This document shows, piece by piece, positions 25,676 to 34,242 of a stretch of 36,519 bases of DNA. How positions within the stretch are numbered: position 1 is the stretch's first letter; the number at the start of each line of letters is the position of its first letter. The notes under the pieces are model-generated. The model did not search any database. It was not told the origin of the DNA and saw only the letters and a list, made by a program, of their open reading frames with translations. Where the stretch lies: positions 1 to 36,519 of IMG/VR virus record IMGVR_UViG_3300049844_000277. One strand, given 5' to 3'. The position numbers were made by a program, and so were the translations under genes. This stretch comes from a virus.

Positions 25676-26401
25676 TTATTCCGGAATCCTTTGATAAATC
25701 GAACTGTTGGTAGGATTGCCTGAATTGTCTTTTGTTGTGTAGGTTTTGATAACGGTAACTCCGTCGTCATCGTAGACCTTAAACTGATTACCACCCTGAG
25801 TCGCCTTATTCGCGAGCATCTTGCGGGCCAGAGTAGACTCTGTAATTGTTTTGGCTATATCCAAAGATACGTTGCCCAATTGCGGGCTACCTAACTTGGT
25901 CTGTACGGCAGCGATATCGGTGGATACGGATGATACGGGCGTGCCTAGCTTGGTGTTAACGGTTCCGATATCAGCCGAAACCGAAGATCCTGACGGCGTA
26001 CCTAAGACAGTCTTAACGTTGGCGATGTCTCCGACGATACTAGTATAATTGGGCGTCCCAAGTCGGGTTTGAACATCTGAGACGTAGTTATCGTGGACAG
26101 AAAATTGGGTAACAGCCTTTCCTGTTCCTCCGGTGATAGCTATCGTGTACTCTCCCGGAGTGGAAATCTGAGAAGAAACGATTAATAACTTATACACCCC
26201 CTGAGTAGCGAACGCGCCGGTAGTCAATTCAGTCCAGGTATACTGTGTCCCGGCCGTTAACGTCGTAGGGGTCATCGCCGGAGTCTTGGCCAGCGTGACA
26301 GTAGTAGATGCTTGAGCTACCCCTGCTACCGGAGCAAAAGCGGTATCAAAGAGCCTTACGGCAACCTGTATGTTATCGTTTGTTTTATAGTGAGTAAACA
26401 T
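25676..26401 (-). CDS. Repeat protein, 241 aa, with four 19-aa units V-x-T-x-LGTP...DI
   Basis: VQTRLGTPNYTSIVGDIAN, VKTVLGTPSGSSVSADIGT, VNTKLGTPVSSVSTDIAA and VQTKLGSPQLGNVSLDIAK. There is a 57-nt periodicity in the DNA. Confidence 0.55.
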   Translation of the reverse strand: MFTHYKTNDNIQVAVRLFDTAFAPVAGVAQASTTVTLAKTPAMTPTTLTAGTQYTWTELTTGAFATQGVYKLLIVSSQISTPGEYTIAITGGTGKAVTQFSVHDNYVSDVQTRLGTPNYTSIVGDIANVKTVLGTPSGSSVSADIGTVNTKLGTPVSSVSTDIAAVQTKLGSPQLGNVSLDIAKTITESTLARKMLANKATQGGNQFKVYDDDGVTVIKTYTTKDNSGNPTNSSIYQRIPE

Positions 26402-27396
26402 TAGAAATTTACTCCTGAATTAAAGCCGCAGGCTAGTTTTGCGAAAAAAGAAGCGCCGCTTGAAACCGAAGAAACCCACACGTTTGATGTGTATGCGGCG
26501 ACTACGGGGGTTAACGTTTCTCCTGCGACGATATAAGCGCGCCCATTAGCGAAGCAGGATCCAAAAGTTTGCATGTAACCGGAACTCGCGTAAGGCATGT
26601 CCGCGGTAAAACTTGGTATTCCGAACGTAGTCGGATCGCTCATCGGGAATACCGCTATTTTTTTGTAATCAGAAAGAGTATTCCCCAAACTGTATGCTTC
26701 GCCATTACTTATAAAACCAAATGATGCCTCTCTTGTCCCCCAGCTTCCATTTGTTCCGGCGGACGTCCACGTTCCAATGGTATGATCTCCGTTAATAGGA
26801 GCGTATCGTGGACCAGAAGTAGTGTTGTAAGAATTAAGAAGATACAGGTAGCCGTTATCGGCTACGAGAGAGTTAATAGAGGATCTGGCCGAAAAAGGAA
26901 GGTCTGGACCTCGAGTCGCGGCTGAGGCGGTTCCGTTAGAATTAAGGAGACCGTACGACGTTATAACGGTAGCGCTTGAACCCCCTACTTTGTAGTAATA
27001 ATCATTATAGTAGGCGACCCCGCAATTAAAGGTTGCTTGACCGCCCCATAGCCCATTCGGAGAAAGTGACCAGGATCCGAGCGTTCCATTGGCGTTAATA
27101 GGGGCGCTATATATTGCTGCGGTTGAGTACGCATCTGCGATACCTCCAAACGTCCAAAGGTATCCTTTGGCTGCGATAACCTGCATCCCGGCCCCGCCTA
27201 CCGGTAAATTGGAAGTCATTGTCCAGCTTCCAATATTACCGTTACTTAAAATTGGGGCATAGTATACCAGAGAACTTCCGTTTGGATAATTTGTGTTCAT
27301 TCCACCTACGCCATAAATATGCGTAGAGGTTGCAGCAACTCCGACCCGCATTGCCGCTAGGGGATATGCGGTCGTTGCTTGCCAGTTAAAGATCAC
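26401..27396 (-). CDS. Kelch-type six-bladed beta-propeller protein, probable receptor-binding module
   Basis: About six 50-aa repeats carry hydrophobic-x4-GG and Y-x-APIN-x-NGT-hydrophobic-G-S-W motifs, for example IYGVGG, LWTFGG, YYKVGG and YIVAGE. GTG start. Confidence 0.6.
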   Translation of the reverse strand: MIFNWQATTAYPLAAMRVGVAATSTHIYGVGGMNTNYPNGSSLVYYAPILSNGNIGSWTMTSNLPVGGAGMQVIAAKGYLWTFGGIADAYSTAAIYSAPINANGTLGSWSLSPNGLWGGQATFNCGVAYYNDYYYKVGGSSATVITSYGLLNSNGTASAATRGPDLPFSARSSINSLVADNGYLYLLNSYNTTSGPRYAPINGDHTIGTWTSAGTNGSWGTREASFGFISNGEAYSLGNTLSDYKKIAVFPMSDPTTFGIPSFTADMPYASSGYMQTFGSCFANGRAYIVAGETLTPVVAAYTSNVWVSSVSSGASFFAKLACGFNSGVNF

Positions 27397-27717
27397 GGTA
27401 CCTGCCCCTATCCCTCTGAGAAGCGTACAATTATGCGTATTACATCAGGAAGAATAGCTTCGGCGGGAGTCTTGAGCTCGGCGATTGTACTCGTAGCGAT
27501 CGAATACACGACGTCCTACGAATAGCGCTGCTTCCTCCGCAGAAATTAATTCCCCCCATCAAACATCGTCAAAGACGACTGATATGGGGGCCCTCTACGG
27601 CAAACCACAGCGCCCGCGGTCCAAAGCCCCGCCGTTACCCCTCTGTTACCCCCCGGTTATAGGAGGGGGTAACAGACTAAACGGGGAGAGAGGAGAGTAC
27701 TCCGGGCCGCCAGTGCT
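27397..27717 (-). promoter_or_regulatory. 320-nt structured noncoding region between the tail fiber and the Kelch gene, with an 11-bp-stem hairpin at plus 27643-27675, direct repeats and G-tracts
   Basis: No ORF of 60 aa or more. The hairpin is CTGTTACCCCC-loop-GGGGGTAACAG with CCTATAACC in the minus-strand loop. GTTACCCC occurs twice. The minus strand carries G6, G4 and G4 runs. Confidence 0.45.
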
Positions 27718-29670
27718 TCAAGCCTTCTTGCCGTAGTCGACGATGCGTACCATCAAGTCCGTAGCATTGAGAGCTACACCGACTTGAATGACGCGCTTAC
27801 CGCTACCCGAGGGAGCTGCGGTCGATAGACCGCCGCCCGTCGCCAGGTAGTACGGCGTACCGGCGGTAGCGCCAGTAAGTACGCCAACCGCCAAGCCCGT
27901 CTCCACAACCTCAGTTGGGCTACCAACGGTAGCTTGCGCCGTACGGGCGATACCGATAACACGAGACTTCGGGTCGGTATCCGTATCCGCCTTAGCGACT
28001 CTATCTCCCGTACCGGTGATGTAGAGCGGATCGCCAACGGCTACGGCAGCATCGACGTTGATGGTGTTCTCAATCCGTTGAGCTTCACCAACATTATTGG
28101 CCTGGAGAGCGCCGCCACCCGTGAAGCTGATGGTCGTTCCATCAACCTTCACCTGCATACCGTTGGCGCTGGTTTGTAGACCCGCCGCGGTATCGTACTT
28201 AACTCCGAGCTCGTTAACCGTAAACTTCAGCGTCGGGTTGGTGTCCTCGATATCTACGTAGAGACCCGTAGCATCCGTAAGGAGACCAGATACCGCCGGG
28301 AGCTTAACGCTTAGGCCGTTAGCATCTCGCTGCAGACCGCCAGTGGAGAAAATCTTGGCCTGTACGCCCGTAGAGCCGTTGAACTCGAGGCCGGGGTTAG
28401 CCGCCAGCATCAAGTAAACGCCGTTAGCGTCGGTCGCGATAGCGCGGGTATTGTCCGCAACAACCTCAAAGCCCGTCGCGGTAATGGTAAGGCCCTTACT
28501 CGCGCTGACGATACCCTTCAAGCCAGTGCCGCTAAGCGACAAGCCAGGGTTGGTATCGAGCTTAACGCCAAGGGTCTTCGGCGTACCGGCGTTAAACTGG
28601 AGACCACCAGTCGTAGTCAGCGCCATCCGCAGAATGCCGGTCGTGAGGTAGAGAGCGTAATCTTCGTCTACCGTCAGCTTGCCCTTGGTTCCGCCACCAG
28701 CTCCTGACGTTGCGTCAGGAACAGCGCCTGAACCAGAGAACACGTTCCACGTATTAGCGTCGTCATCCCAAGCTTCGATGGAGTTCTCATCGAGGCAGAA
28801 GTGCATCTCGCCATCGATAAGAGCCGAGGTTTGCCGGCGGAAACCGAAGCGGCCCGCAGCGGGGTCCACCGACGGCATCGTGATGACGGTCGTGCTGGTG
28901 TAGTCCGTGTACGGAACACCGGGCGACCCAGACGCGTACTCGACGACTTTGGCGTCGTTCGCCGTCGTCCACGTACCGTAGATACGGCTCGTAGAATTAC
29001 CTGCGGCAGTAGCCTTCTCGTGAACAACAATGATATTCCCGCCAGCGGGATTGAGGCGGTCACTCGCGTAGTCGACGTGAGCGTCCCATACTGTATTACC
29101 GCCGTCCGCCATCACCCGAGTAACGAAACGCTCCATCGCCGTCAGAGCGCTCGTTTCAATCGAGACGTCAGTAGCCGCAGACTCGCCAGCGATATTCGCT
29201 ACGAAGGTATACGTCCGGGTTAGTGTCCCGTTCGTCAAAACAACCGTATCTCCAACTACCGGCTGATTGGCGAAGAACAGTACCTCGGCTGCATTGATAC
29301 CTTGAACGTCCGACAACTGACCGTCGGACACAAGCGCTTCTTTGATTTGCCCGCCAGTTACGACGAGCGTATCAACATACGCCTTGTTCGTCAGGTCACT
29401 GGCTAGAGTAGGAGCAGTGCTCCCCGTTACTTTAGCAACCCCACCCAAATCAAGGTTCGCAGTTAAAGCGAGACCTGCGAGAGAAGCACCAGATTGCCCG
29501 TAAGCCAACCCGTCGTTGGCTGCCGTCGCCGCCCCGAGACCAGTAATCTTGTTGGTCCCCATGGCGATGTTGCCGCTCATGGTAAGACCACCTAAGTCGA
29601 GGGCATCCGCCGGCTGCTGCTCCTCGAAGTACCCTTCAGTCGATTGAAATAGGAATTTACGTAGAGCCAT
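27718..29670 (-). CDS. Tail fiber protein, 650 aa
   Basis: N-terminal ITGLGAATAANDG...DLTNKAYVD matches the common tail-fiber anchor motif ending K-x-YVD. The C-terminal half has GL-NG-L-VKL type beta repeats. Confidence 0.7.
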   Translation of the reverse strand: MALRKFLFQSTEGYFEEQQPADALDLGGLTMSGNIAMGTNKITGLGAATAANDGLAYGQSGASLAGLALTANLDLGGVAKVTGSTAPTLASDLTNKAYVDTLVVTGGQIKEALVSDGQLSDVQGINAAEVLFFANQPVVGDTVVLTNGTLTRTYTFVANIAGESAATDVSIETSALTAMERFVTRVMADGGNTVWDAHVDYASDRLNPAGGNIIVVHEKATAAGNSTSRIYGTWTTANDAKVVEYASGSPGVPYTDYTSTTVITMPSVDPAAGRFGFRRQTSALIDGEMHFCLDENSIEAWDDDANTWNVFSGSGAVPDATSGAGGGTKGKLTVDEDYALYLTTGILRMALTTTGGLQFNAGTPKTLGVKLDTNPGLSLSGTGLKGIVSASKGLTITATGFEVVADNTRAIATDANGVYLMLAANPGLEFNGSTGVQAKIFSTGGLQRDANGLSVKLPAVSGLLTDATGLYVDIEDTNPTLKFTVNELGVKYDTAAGLQTSANGMQVKVDGTTISFTGGGALQANNVGEAQRIENTINVDAAVAVGDPLYITGTGDRVAKADTDTDPKSRVIGIARTAQATVGSPTEVVETGLAVGVLTGATAGTPYYLATGGGLSTAAPSGSGKRVIQVGVALNATDLMVRIVDYGKKA

Positions 29671-29732
29671 AACTTTTATCCCCCAAAAAGTCGTAAATTA
29701 CCGACGCCACTTTCAACCGCTTACCTGCAAAT

Positions 29733-30203
29733 CTAGGCGGCCGGAGTCGTAGAAGAAACCTCCGACTTCGGCGCTGTAGGCTGAATCTTGTGCAAAATTC
29801 CGGTTTCGTCGTCGAAACTATACTCGCGCAAAAGTATACCCATCTTCTGCTCTACTTCCTGCCGTACACCATTATAGCGGGCTTCCATTTCCTGCATGTG
29901 CATCGCTGTAGCATGTAGACCTGCCTGCATTCCTGCAAGTTTTCCGTCCTTGTCGATACTTCGAATGTGCTCAGCTAACTGCATCTGCTGAAGCATAAAT
30001 TGATTTCGAGCAGCACGAACTTCCGCATCCAGCCGGCAAAGATTCATGCGCGTCATGTCATCAAGCTTAATAACTTGATCGACGATAGACGGCTCCTCTT
30101 TACTCGGTAAGCTGGGCGCCGGTGGAACCTCCGCAACAGGGGCAGTCTCGATTTCAACTTCGGATACTTCATGAATACGCTTAAGCTTTCTTGGACGTGC
30201 CAT
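29733..30203 (-). CDS. Coiled-coil protein, 156 aa, possible tail assembly or adaptor
   Basis: Heptad-like Gln/Met/Ala/Glu-rich sequence. Its stop lies 2 nt from the next start. Confidence 0.45.
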   Translation of the reverse strand: MARPRKLKRIHEVSEVEIETAPVAEVPPAPSLPSKEEPSIVDQVIKLDDMTRMNLCRLDAEVRAARNQFMLQQMQLAEHIRSIDKDGKLAGMQAGLHATAMHMQEMEARYNGVRQEVEQKMGILLREYSFDDETGILHKIQPTAPKSEVSSTTPAA

Positions 30204-30204
30204 T

Positions 30205-30624
30205 TTAGAGCCTTACCTTGGTGAACATTGGACGAATGCTTAGGTCTACTTTATCTGCTGCTGCGGCTACGCCTACAGCTTGTACGACCGCGGTTCCAGA
30301 GATGGAGTCTACCGCAGCTGGTGGGGTTGTCGTCGGTTTTCCGTCTAGACCTACAAAAACCAAACGCCCTACATCTAGCGCTGGAAGCCCTGTAAACCCA
30401 CACAGCCCCTGCTTTTGAATTAAGCACGACGTACTGGTTATTTTTTGTATGACGGTACCTACGGCGGGCATCATCAAGTGATTCGACGGGTCTGCTTTAG
30501 TTACTACGTAACTTTGCCCTACGACCGAACCACTTATACGTACAAAATCTCCCACCGCGTCTGAAGGTTGGCAGATCGCGTGACTAAATGAAGCACTACT
30601 TCGAGAAGGTCCCGTGACAATCAT
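30205..30624 (-). CDS. Hypothetical virion protein, 139 aa
   Basis: Lies between the head and tail genes. Confidence 0.45.
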   Translation of the reverse strand: MIVTGPSRSSASFSHAICQPSDAVGDFVRISGSVVGQSYVVTKADPSNHLMMPAVGTVIQKITSTSCLIQKQGLCGFTGLPALDVGRLVFVGLDGKPTTTPPAAVDSISGTAVVQAVGVAAAADKVDLSIRPMFTKVRL

Positions 30625-30633
30625 CGAGAGCTC

Positions 30634-30879
30634 TCACTCCCCACGAATGGCCCTACTTCGGAGATACTTGAACGCTTCGAAAAACCGAGAATAGTTTGAC
30701 ATCGTATATGCGACTTCTTGTGTTGTTCCTTCCTGCGGAGAAATACCGAATTCAAAATACGCACGACTCTTACTTTTGGTTGACACGGACAGCAAGCTCG
30801 TTCCCTGCATCATGAGGAAGCAGGCCAGACCGATGTTGTCGGTTACGAACGTCTTTGTGTCAGGACCGGGCATAGTCAT
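30634..30879 (-). CDS. Hypothetical protein, 81 aa
   Basis: The ATG lies immediately after the terminator U-run. Confidence 0.45.
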   Translation of the reverse strand: MTMPGPDTKTFVTDNIGLACFLMMQGTSLLSVSTKSKSRAYFEFGISPQEGTTQEVAYTMSNYSRFFEAFKYLRSRAIRGE

Positions 30880-30910
30880 AAAAAAGGACGCCCAGTTACC
30901 TAGGCGCCCC
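30880..30910 (-). terminator. Rho-independent terminator after the nuclease gene: 7-bp stem including one G-U pair, 10-nt loop, U7
   Basis: The minus RNA reads GGGCGCC-uagguaacug-GGCGUCC-UUUUUUU. The plus-strand A7 run is at 30880-30886. Confidence 0.55.
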
Positions 30911-30934
30911 TTAGTGTAGGCATTTCAGCCACGC

Positions 30935-32497
30935 TTAGAGTTGATAATCCCAACGTTTTTTACCGCAGTCCCAAATCCTTAGTAGGCCACGCTGTTGAGC
31001 CCACGCCCATTCGGTCAAGTGTGGCGGACAACCTGAGCGCTTCTTAGCTTGTGATTGTTTCGACACTAGTTTAGCCGGAGGAACTACATATGAGTAGTCT
31101 GGGGGTATTTCGTCGGTAAGTGTAAACCCAAGCTTTTGGTAAACATCCCCAACGAACCAACGATTATCGGACCAAGTACGGATACTCGTGAAACCCTTAT
31201 TTCGGGCGTACTCTACTAGAAGCTTGAATAGTCGCTCAGCGCCACCCATCACGTAAACATCCGACTTAAAACAAAGGCGCTGAAGAACCAACACTTTGTC
31301 GTGGCCTTGGCGATGGTGTGTTCCAGCAGTAATCACACCGATGAGCTCTGTGTCTGTGAACAATCCCAGAGCGTACCCAATTTCACGGGCCTGTGGCTGT
31401 AAGTGGTGTGCTCCGATAAAAAGCCGAGCCTGCTCCACTGGAATCGGCGTAACAGTACACTGACGAGCTTGGAAACGGCGAGATGAGAGATGCAGTATCG
31501 AGCGTAGTACGCTTTCGACCTGTGGGCGTCTTTCACGCCATTCGTTCTCGAAGAGGGTTATGAGGCGGAAACCTTGTTTTTGAGCGAGCTTGAGTTTGTT
31601 GTAATGACCATCTTTTCCATACCGCAATATACCATCCGAATCTACACGTTCCGAGTGCCAGTATAATCCGCAGTATTCAATGGCGAGCTTGTGAGAGTCG
31701 ACTACGATATCGAGGGACTTTCGTCCAATCGGTACTTCTTGTCGGACCGGAGTTCCGAGCCACGATGAAATGAGCTCAGCTAACGTATTTTGGGCGGCTC
31801 CGTAAATATGTGTCTTCGTCGGAACTCCACTTTCACCGTAACGTTCAAGAATGGTCGAAGTACGCTTTTCAACCAAAGCATCCCAGTGTTCTTTAGAGAA
31901 GGATCGCTTGATACAGCCCTGGCAGAGAACTCTCTTAAAAACGAAACGAATCCCGCGATGAAATATTTTCAAACACTCAGGGCACTGAAGTAAAATTGGC
32001 TTAGAAACGCCTCGCGTGAGGTCTTCCGGATAATATCCGTACTTACGAAAAGTTTCCTCACGTAAAACACACGCGGGTAGAGGAGGCGGCTTTCCTAGCT
32101 TATCGGCCCACCATTCTCGCCGTTGCGCCTTAAGTTCCGGTGAAGATGAGATATTCTCAACACCGTGACGTTCGAGCATGGTATCTTTTATCTTTTGCCG
32201 TATCTCTTTGCTCTTGAACGGAGAATCTACCCCATAGCGCTCCAACATAGTGATCCGCTGCTTTTCAACAGCTGCCGCTGGGCGCTTCAGATGGATTACG
32301 CAGGAGTGACAGAGGAGCTTGTCATCAACGCGACGGCGCTGTCGCGTGAGGACAGCCTTACAATTGTTGCACGCGTACACAACGTGCTTCGCTGATTTGG
32401 GGTTCAGCTCTTGTGGGCGGTACCCAAATCGAGCGTAGGTCTCTTCCTCAAGGACGGGCATTGCGGCCCTATACGCCAGATCAAAAGGATTGGACAC
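30935..32497 (-). CDS. Free-standing multidomain nuclease, homing-endonuclease-like: Zn-ribbon, tandem RYGV-type repeats, PD-(D/E)XK-like core, GNAT-like C-terminal region
   Basis: CNNC...CHSC ribbon. Repeats ERYGVDSPFKSKEIRQKIKDTMLERHGVEN and ILERYGESGVP. LDIVVDSHKLAIEYCGLYWH...FENEW resembles the DUF559/Vsr-type core. The C-terminus has VMGGAERLFKLLVEYARNKGF...VYQKLGF. GTG start with no ribosome-binding site, placed just after the capsid terminator. Confidence 0.6.
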   Translation of the reverse strand: MSNPFDLAYRAAMPVLEEETYARFGYRPQELNPKSAKHVVYACNNCKAVLTRQRRRVDDKLLCHSCVIHLKRPAAAVEKQRITMLERYGVDSPFKSKEIRQKIKDTMLERHGVENISSSPELKAQRREWWADKLGKPPPLPACVLREETFRKYGYYPEDLTRGVSKPILLQCPECLKIFHRGIRFVFKRVLCQGCIKRSFSKEHWDALVEKRTSTILERYGESGVPTKTHIYGAAQNTLAELISSWLGTPVRQEVPIGRKSLDIVVDSHKLAIEYCGLYWHSERVDSDGILRYGKDGHYNKLKLAQKQGFRLITLFENEWRERRPQVESVLRSILHLSSRRFQARQCTVTPIPVEQARLFIGAHHLQPQAREIGYALGLFTDTELIGVITAGTHHRQGHDKVLVLQRLCFKSDVYVMGGAERLFKLLVEYARNKGFTSIRTWSDNRWFVGDVYQKLGFTLTDEIPPDYSYVVPPAKLVSKQSQAKKRSGCPPHLTEWAWAQQRGLLRIWDCGKKRWDYQL

Positions 32498-32523
32498 AAA
32501 AAAGGCACCCCGGAGGGTGCCTA
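32497..32523 (-). terminator. Strong rho-independent terminator after the capsid gene: perfect 8-bp stem AGGCACCC/GGGTGCCT, 4-nt loop, U-run
   Basis: The minus RNA reads AGGCACCC-uccg-GGGUGCCU-UUUUUG. The stem lies at plus 32503-32522. Confidence 0.8.
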
Positions 32524-32546
32524 ATTTGATCTCTATCTATGGTCGC

Positions 32547-33455
32547 TTACGGGAACGTAATCGACTGAACCGACAGGCGGTTACCGATACCGATACCCGG
32601 GGCCGCGTACGTCCAGAAGGTGATAGTGTCCGCTTCCTGCTTGATGTACAGCGTCGCATCCTGCAGGAGGAAGAAGTTACCCAGATAGTTCTCCGGCGCG
32701 TAGATGTACGCCTTCTTCGGGTCGTGCACGTGGGACTTGATGGTGGTGATAACCGGGAAGCCCCACAGCTTCTCCTCGTTCTCAACACCTTCGTCGTAGT
32801 GCCGTGACGCGACATCATTACCGACGCTGGTAGCCACCAGGTCCAGAGCCTCGTAGTACAGGCTCTTGGTCATCGTCATCTTCCCGATGGGACGACGACG
32901 ATTCACCATCTTCTGGAAGCCCGCCTTAAACGCCGTGGAGTTAAAGCCCGTCGCGCCGATGTTCTGCTCAGCCAGGTTCAGGGCGATAAGCGCATCGACC
33001 GTCTCCTGCCACTTCTTGTCTTCCTGGTCGGCCATGTCCTTGACCGAGTTGTCGCTCAACATTTTCCTAATGTCATTTTGGTAAGTCATCAACTGGAATT
33101 TTGACTTAGTAAAGTGCTGGCTCTCCGTCTTTCCGAAGAAGATTGAGTAGCGTGGACCCTTGAACCAGGTACGCGGACCGGCGCCCTGGAACTGGACGAA
33201 GGTAGCCACCGACTTCGGCTCCTTCTCCACAATCTTCTTCGGCTCATCCGTGTTCTCGTCGCGGTCAATCTCGTCGTCCTGTAACAGGACCGGCGTGATG
33301 ATTTCTCGAGCGTACGACTCCTGACGGACAAACTCGCGGATAAACGCACTACCCTCAGCCGCAGCTTCCTTGATGCGCCCGTCCTCGATCTTCTTTACGA
33401 AGTTCGAATTGACGAACTGCGCTGAGACTTGCTGGGTTTCAGTCTTATAAGCCAT
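32547..33455 (-). CDS. Putative major capsid protein, 302 aa
   Basis: It follows the scaffold and decoration genes, has GGAGG 10 nt upstream of the ATG, and is followed by the strongest terminator in the window. Confidence 0.5.
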   Translation of the reverse strand: MAYKTETQQVSAQFVNSNFVKKIEDGRIKEAAAEGSAFIREFVRQESYAREIITPVLLQDDEIDRDENTDEPKKIVEKEPKSVATFVQFQGAGPRTWFKGPRYSIFFGKTESQHFTKSKFQLMTYQNDIRKMLSDNSVKDMADQEDKKWQETVDALIALNLAEQNIGATGFNSTAFKAGFQKMVNRRRPIGKMTMTKSLYYEALDLVATSVGNDVASRHYDEGVENEEKLWGFPVITTIKSHVHDPKKAYIYAPENYLGNFFLLQDATLYIKQEADTITFWTYAAPGIGIGNRLSVQSITFP

Positions 33456-33715
33456 GGTTGAAAAGCCTCCGTTAAATCTGCCCAGAGTCTGAGCGTTAAG
33501 TTAATCTAGGCACTTTGGGTTATAGGGACAACTTTTGATTTGCACAGATACTGCTTCGCGACCTCGAGACGGCCCGTACTATCTTCCGCACGGGCCAATA
33601 ACAAATTGCACTCGTTGCACAGCAGGCCGCGAACTTTGTTGGTCGCGTGGTTATGCGCAACACCAAGTTTTAAAGTTACGCACTGACCATTCTGTGCTTC
33701 AAAAGCGCCAGGTAT
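33456..33715 (-). promoter_or_regulatory. 260-nt structured leader upstream of the capsid gene, with GC-rich hairpins such as GGCCCGT-12nt-ACGGGCC
   Basis: No credible ORF. Several perfect 5-7 bp GC stems lack U-tracts. A CCTATAACC motif lies about 70 nt upstream of the ATG on the minus strand. Confidence 0.35.
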
Positions 33716-34207
33716 TTAGAGGCCGCCGCCCTGCGGCACGATTACCTGGAGAACGCCGTTAACTGAGTCAAGGCCAGCAGGACCAACCACGCCGATAATC
33801 TGGTCCGTCGCCCCAGCGAGCTTAACCTTGCCCGCGTTGAATGATACGAGCTTGCCGGGCGTATATGACCCCGTGTCGTACTGGTCCGTTAGCATCGTAA
33901 AACCACCGTGAAGAACGGTGAGCTTCTGCACGAACGAACCCGAGAAGTCCTTGTTACCGTCGATGGTAACAAACGCCATCTTCGCGTTCAGACGATTGGC
34001 GACCACATCTCCCGTGGTGGCGAGCTCCGCCTCCCCCGTGGTGACGTTCATCGACACAATCGCACCAGGAGGAATAACGCCCGCGACGGGAGTACCCTCA
34101 GAATTCAGGGTCATGCCGCCAGGAACCGTGAGAACCTGCGCCAGAGCAGCCAGCGCAACCGGGTTATCAACGGAAACAATGTCAAACTTCGAGCTGAGCA
34201 TACTCAT
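33716..34207 (-). CDS. Head decoration protein-like (gpD/DUF2190-like), 163 aa
   Basis: Lies directly upstream of the capsid gene. C-terminal GATDQIIGVVGPAGL resembles the G-x-TD-x-AVGIL motif of lambda gpD-type proteins. AGGGAG ribosome-binding site. Confidence 0.4.
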   Translation of the reverse strand: MSMLSSKFDIVSVDNPVALAALAQVLTVPGGMTLNSEGTPVAGVIPPGAIVSMNVTTGEAELATTGDVVANRLNAKMAFVTIDGNKDFSGSFVQKLTVLHGGFTMLTDQYDTGSYTPGKLVSFNAGKVKLAGATDQIIGVVGPAGLDSVNGVLQVIVPQGGGL

Positions 34208-34242
34208 TGTATATCTCCCTACTTTCTATCCGCCTGGTGGCG

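Noticed and set aside
21494-29670. Diversity-generating retroelement near the fiber and receptor-binding genes
   Set aside because: No reverse-transcriptase-like ORF (YxDD motif) and no long template/variable repeat pair are visible near the fiber genes.
32490-33349. ORFs 32490..32807 (+), 32537..32818 (-) and 33089..33349 (-) overlapping the capsid gene
   Set aside because: These out-of-frame, Arg/Ser/Thr-rich shadow ORFs overlap the strongly supported 302-aa frame.
33400-33420. GTTCGAATT and GTTCGAATC strings at about 33408 and about 34596, checked as tRNA T-loops
   Set aside because: The flanking sequences do not form T-arm stems or the rest of a cloverleaf. Both lie inside coding or leader sequence.
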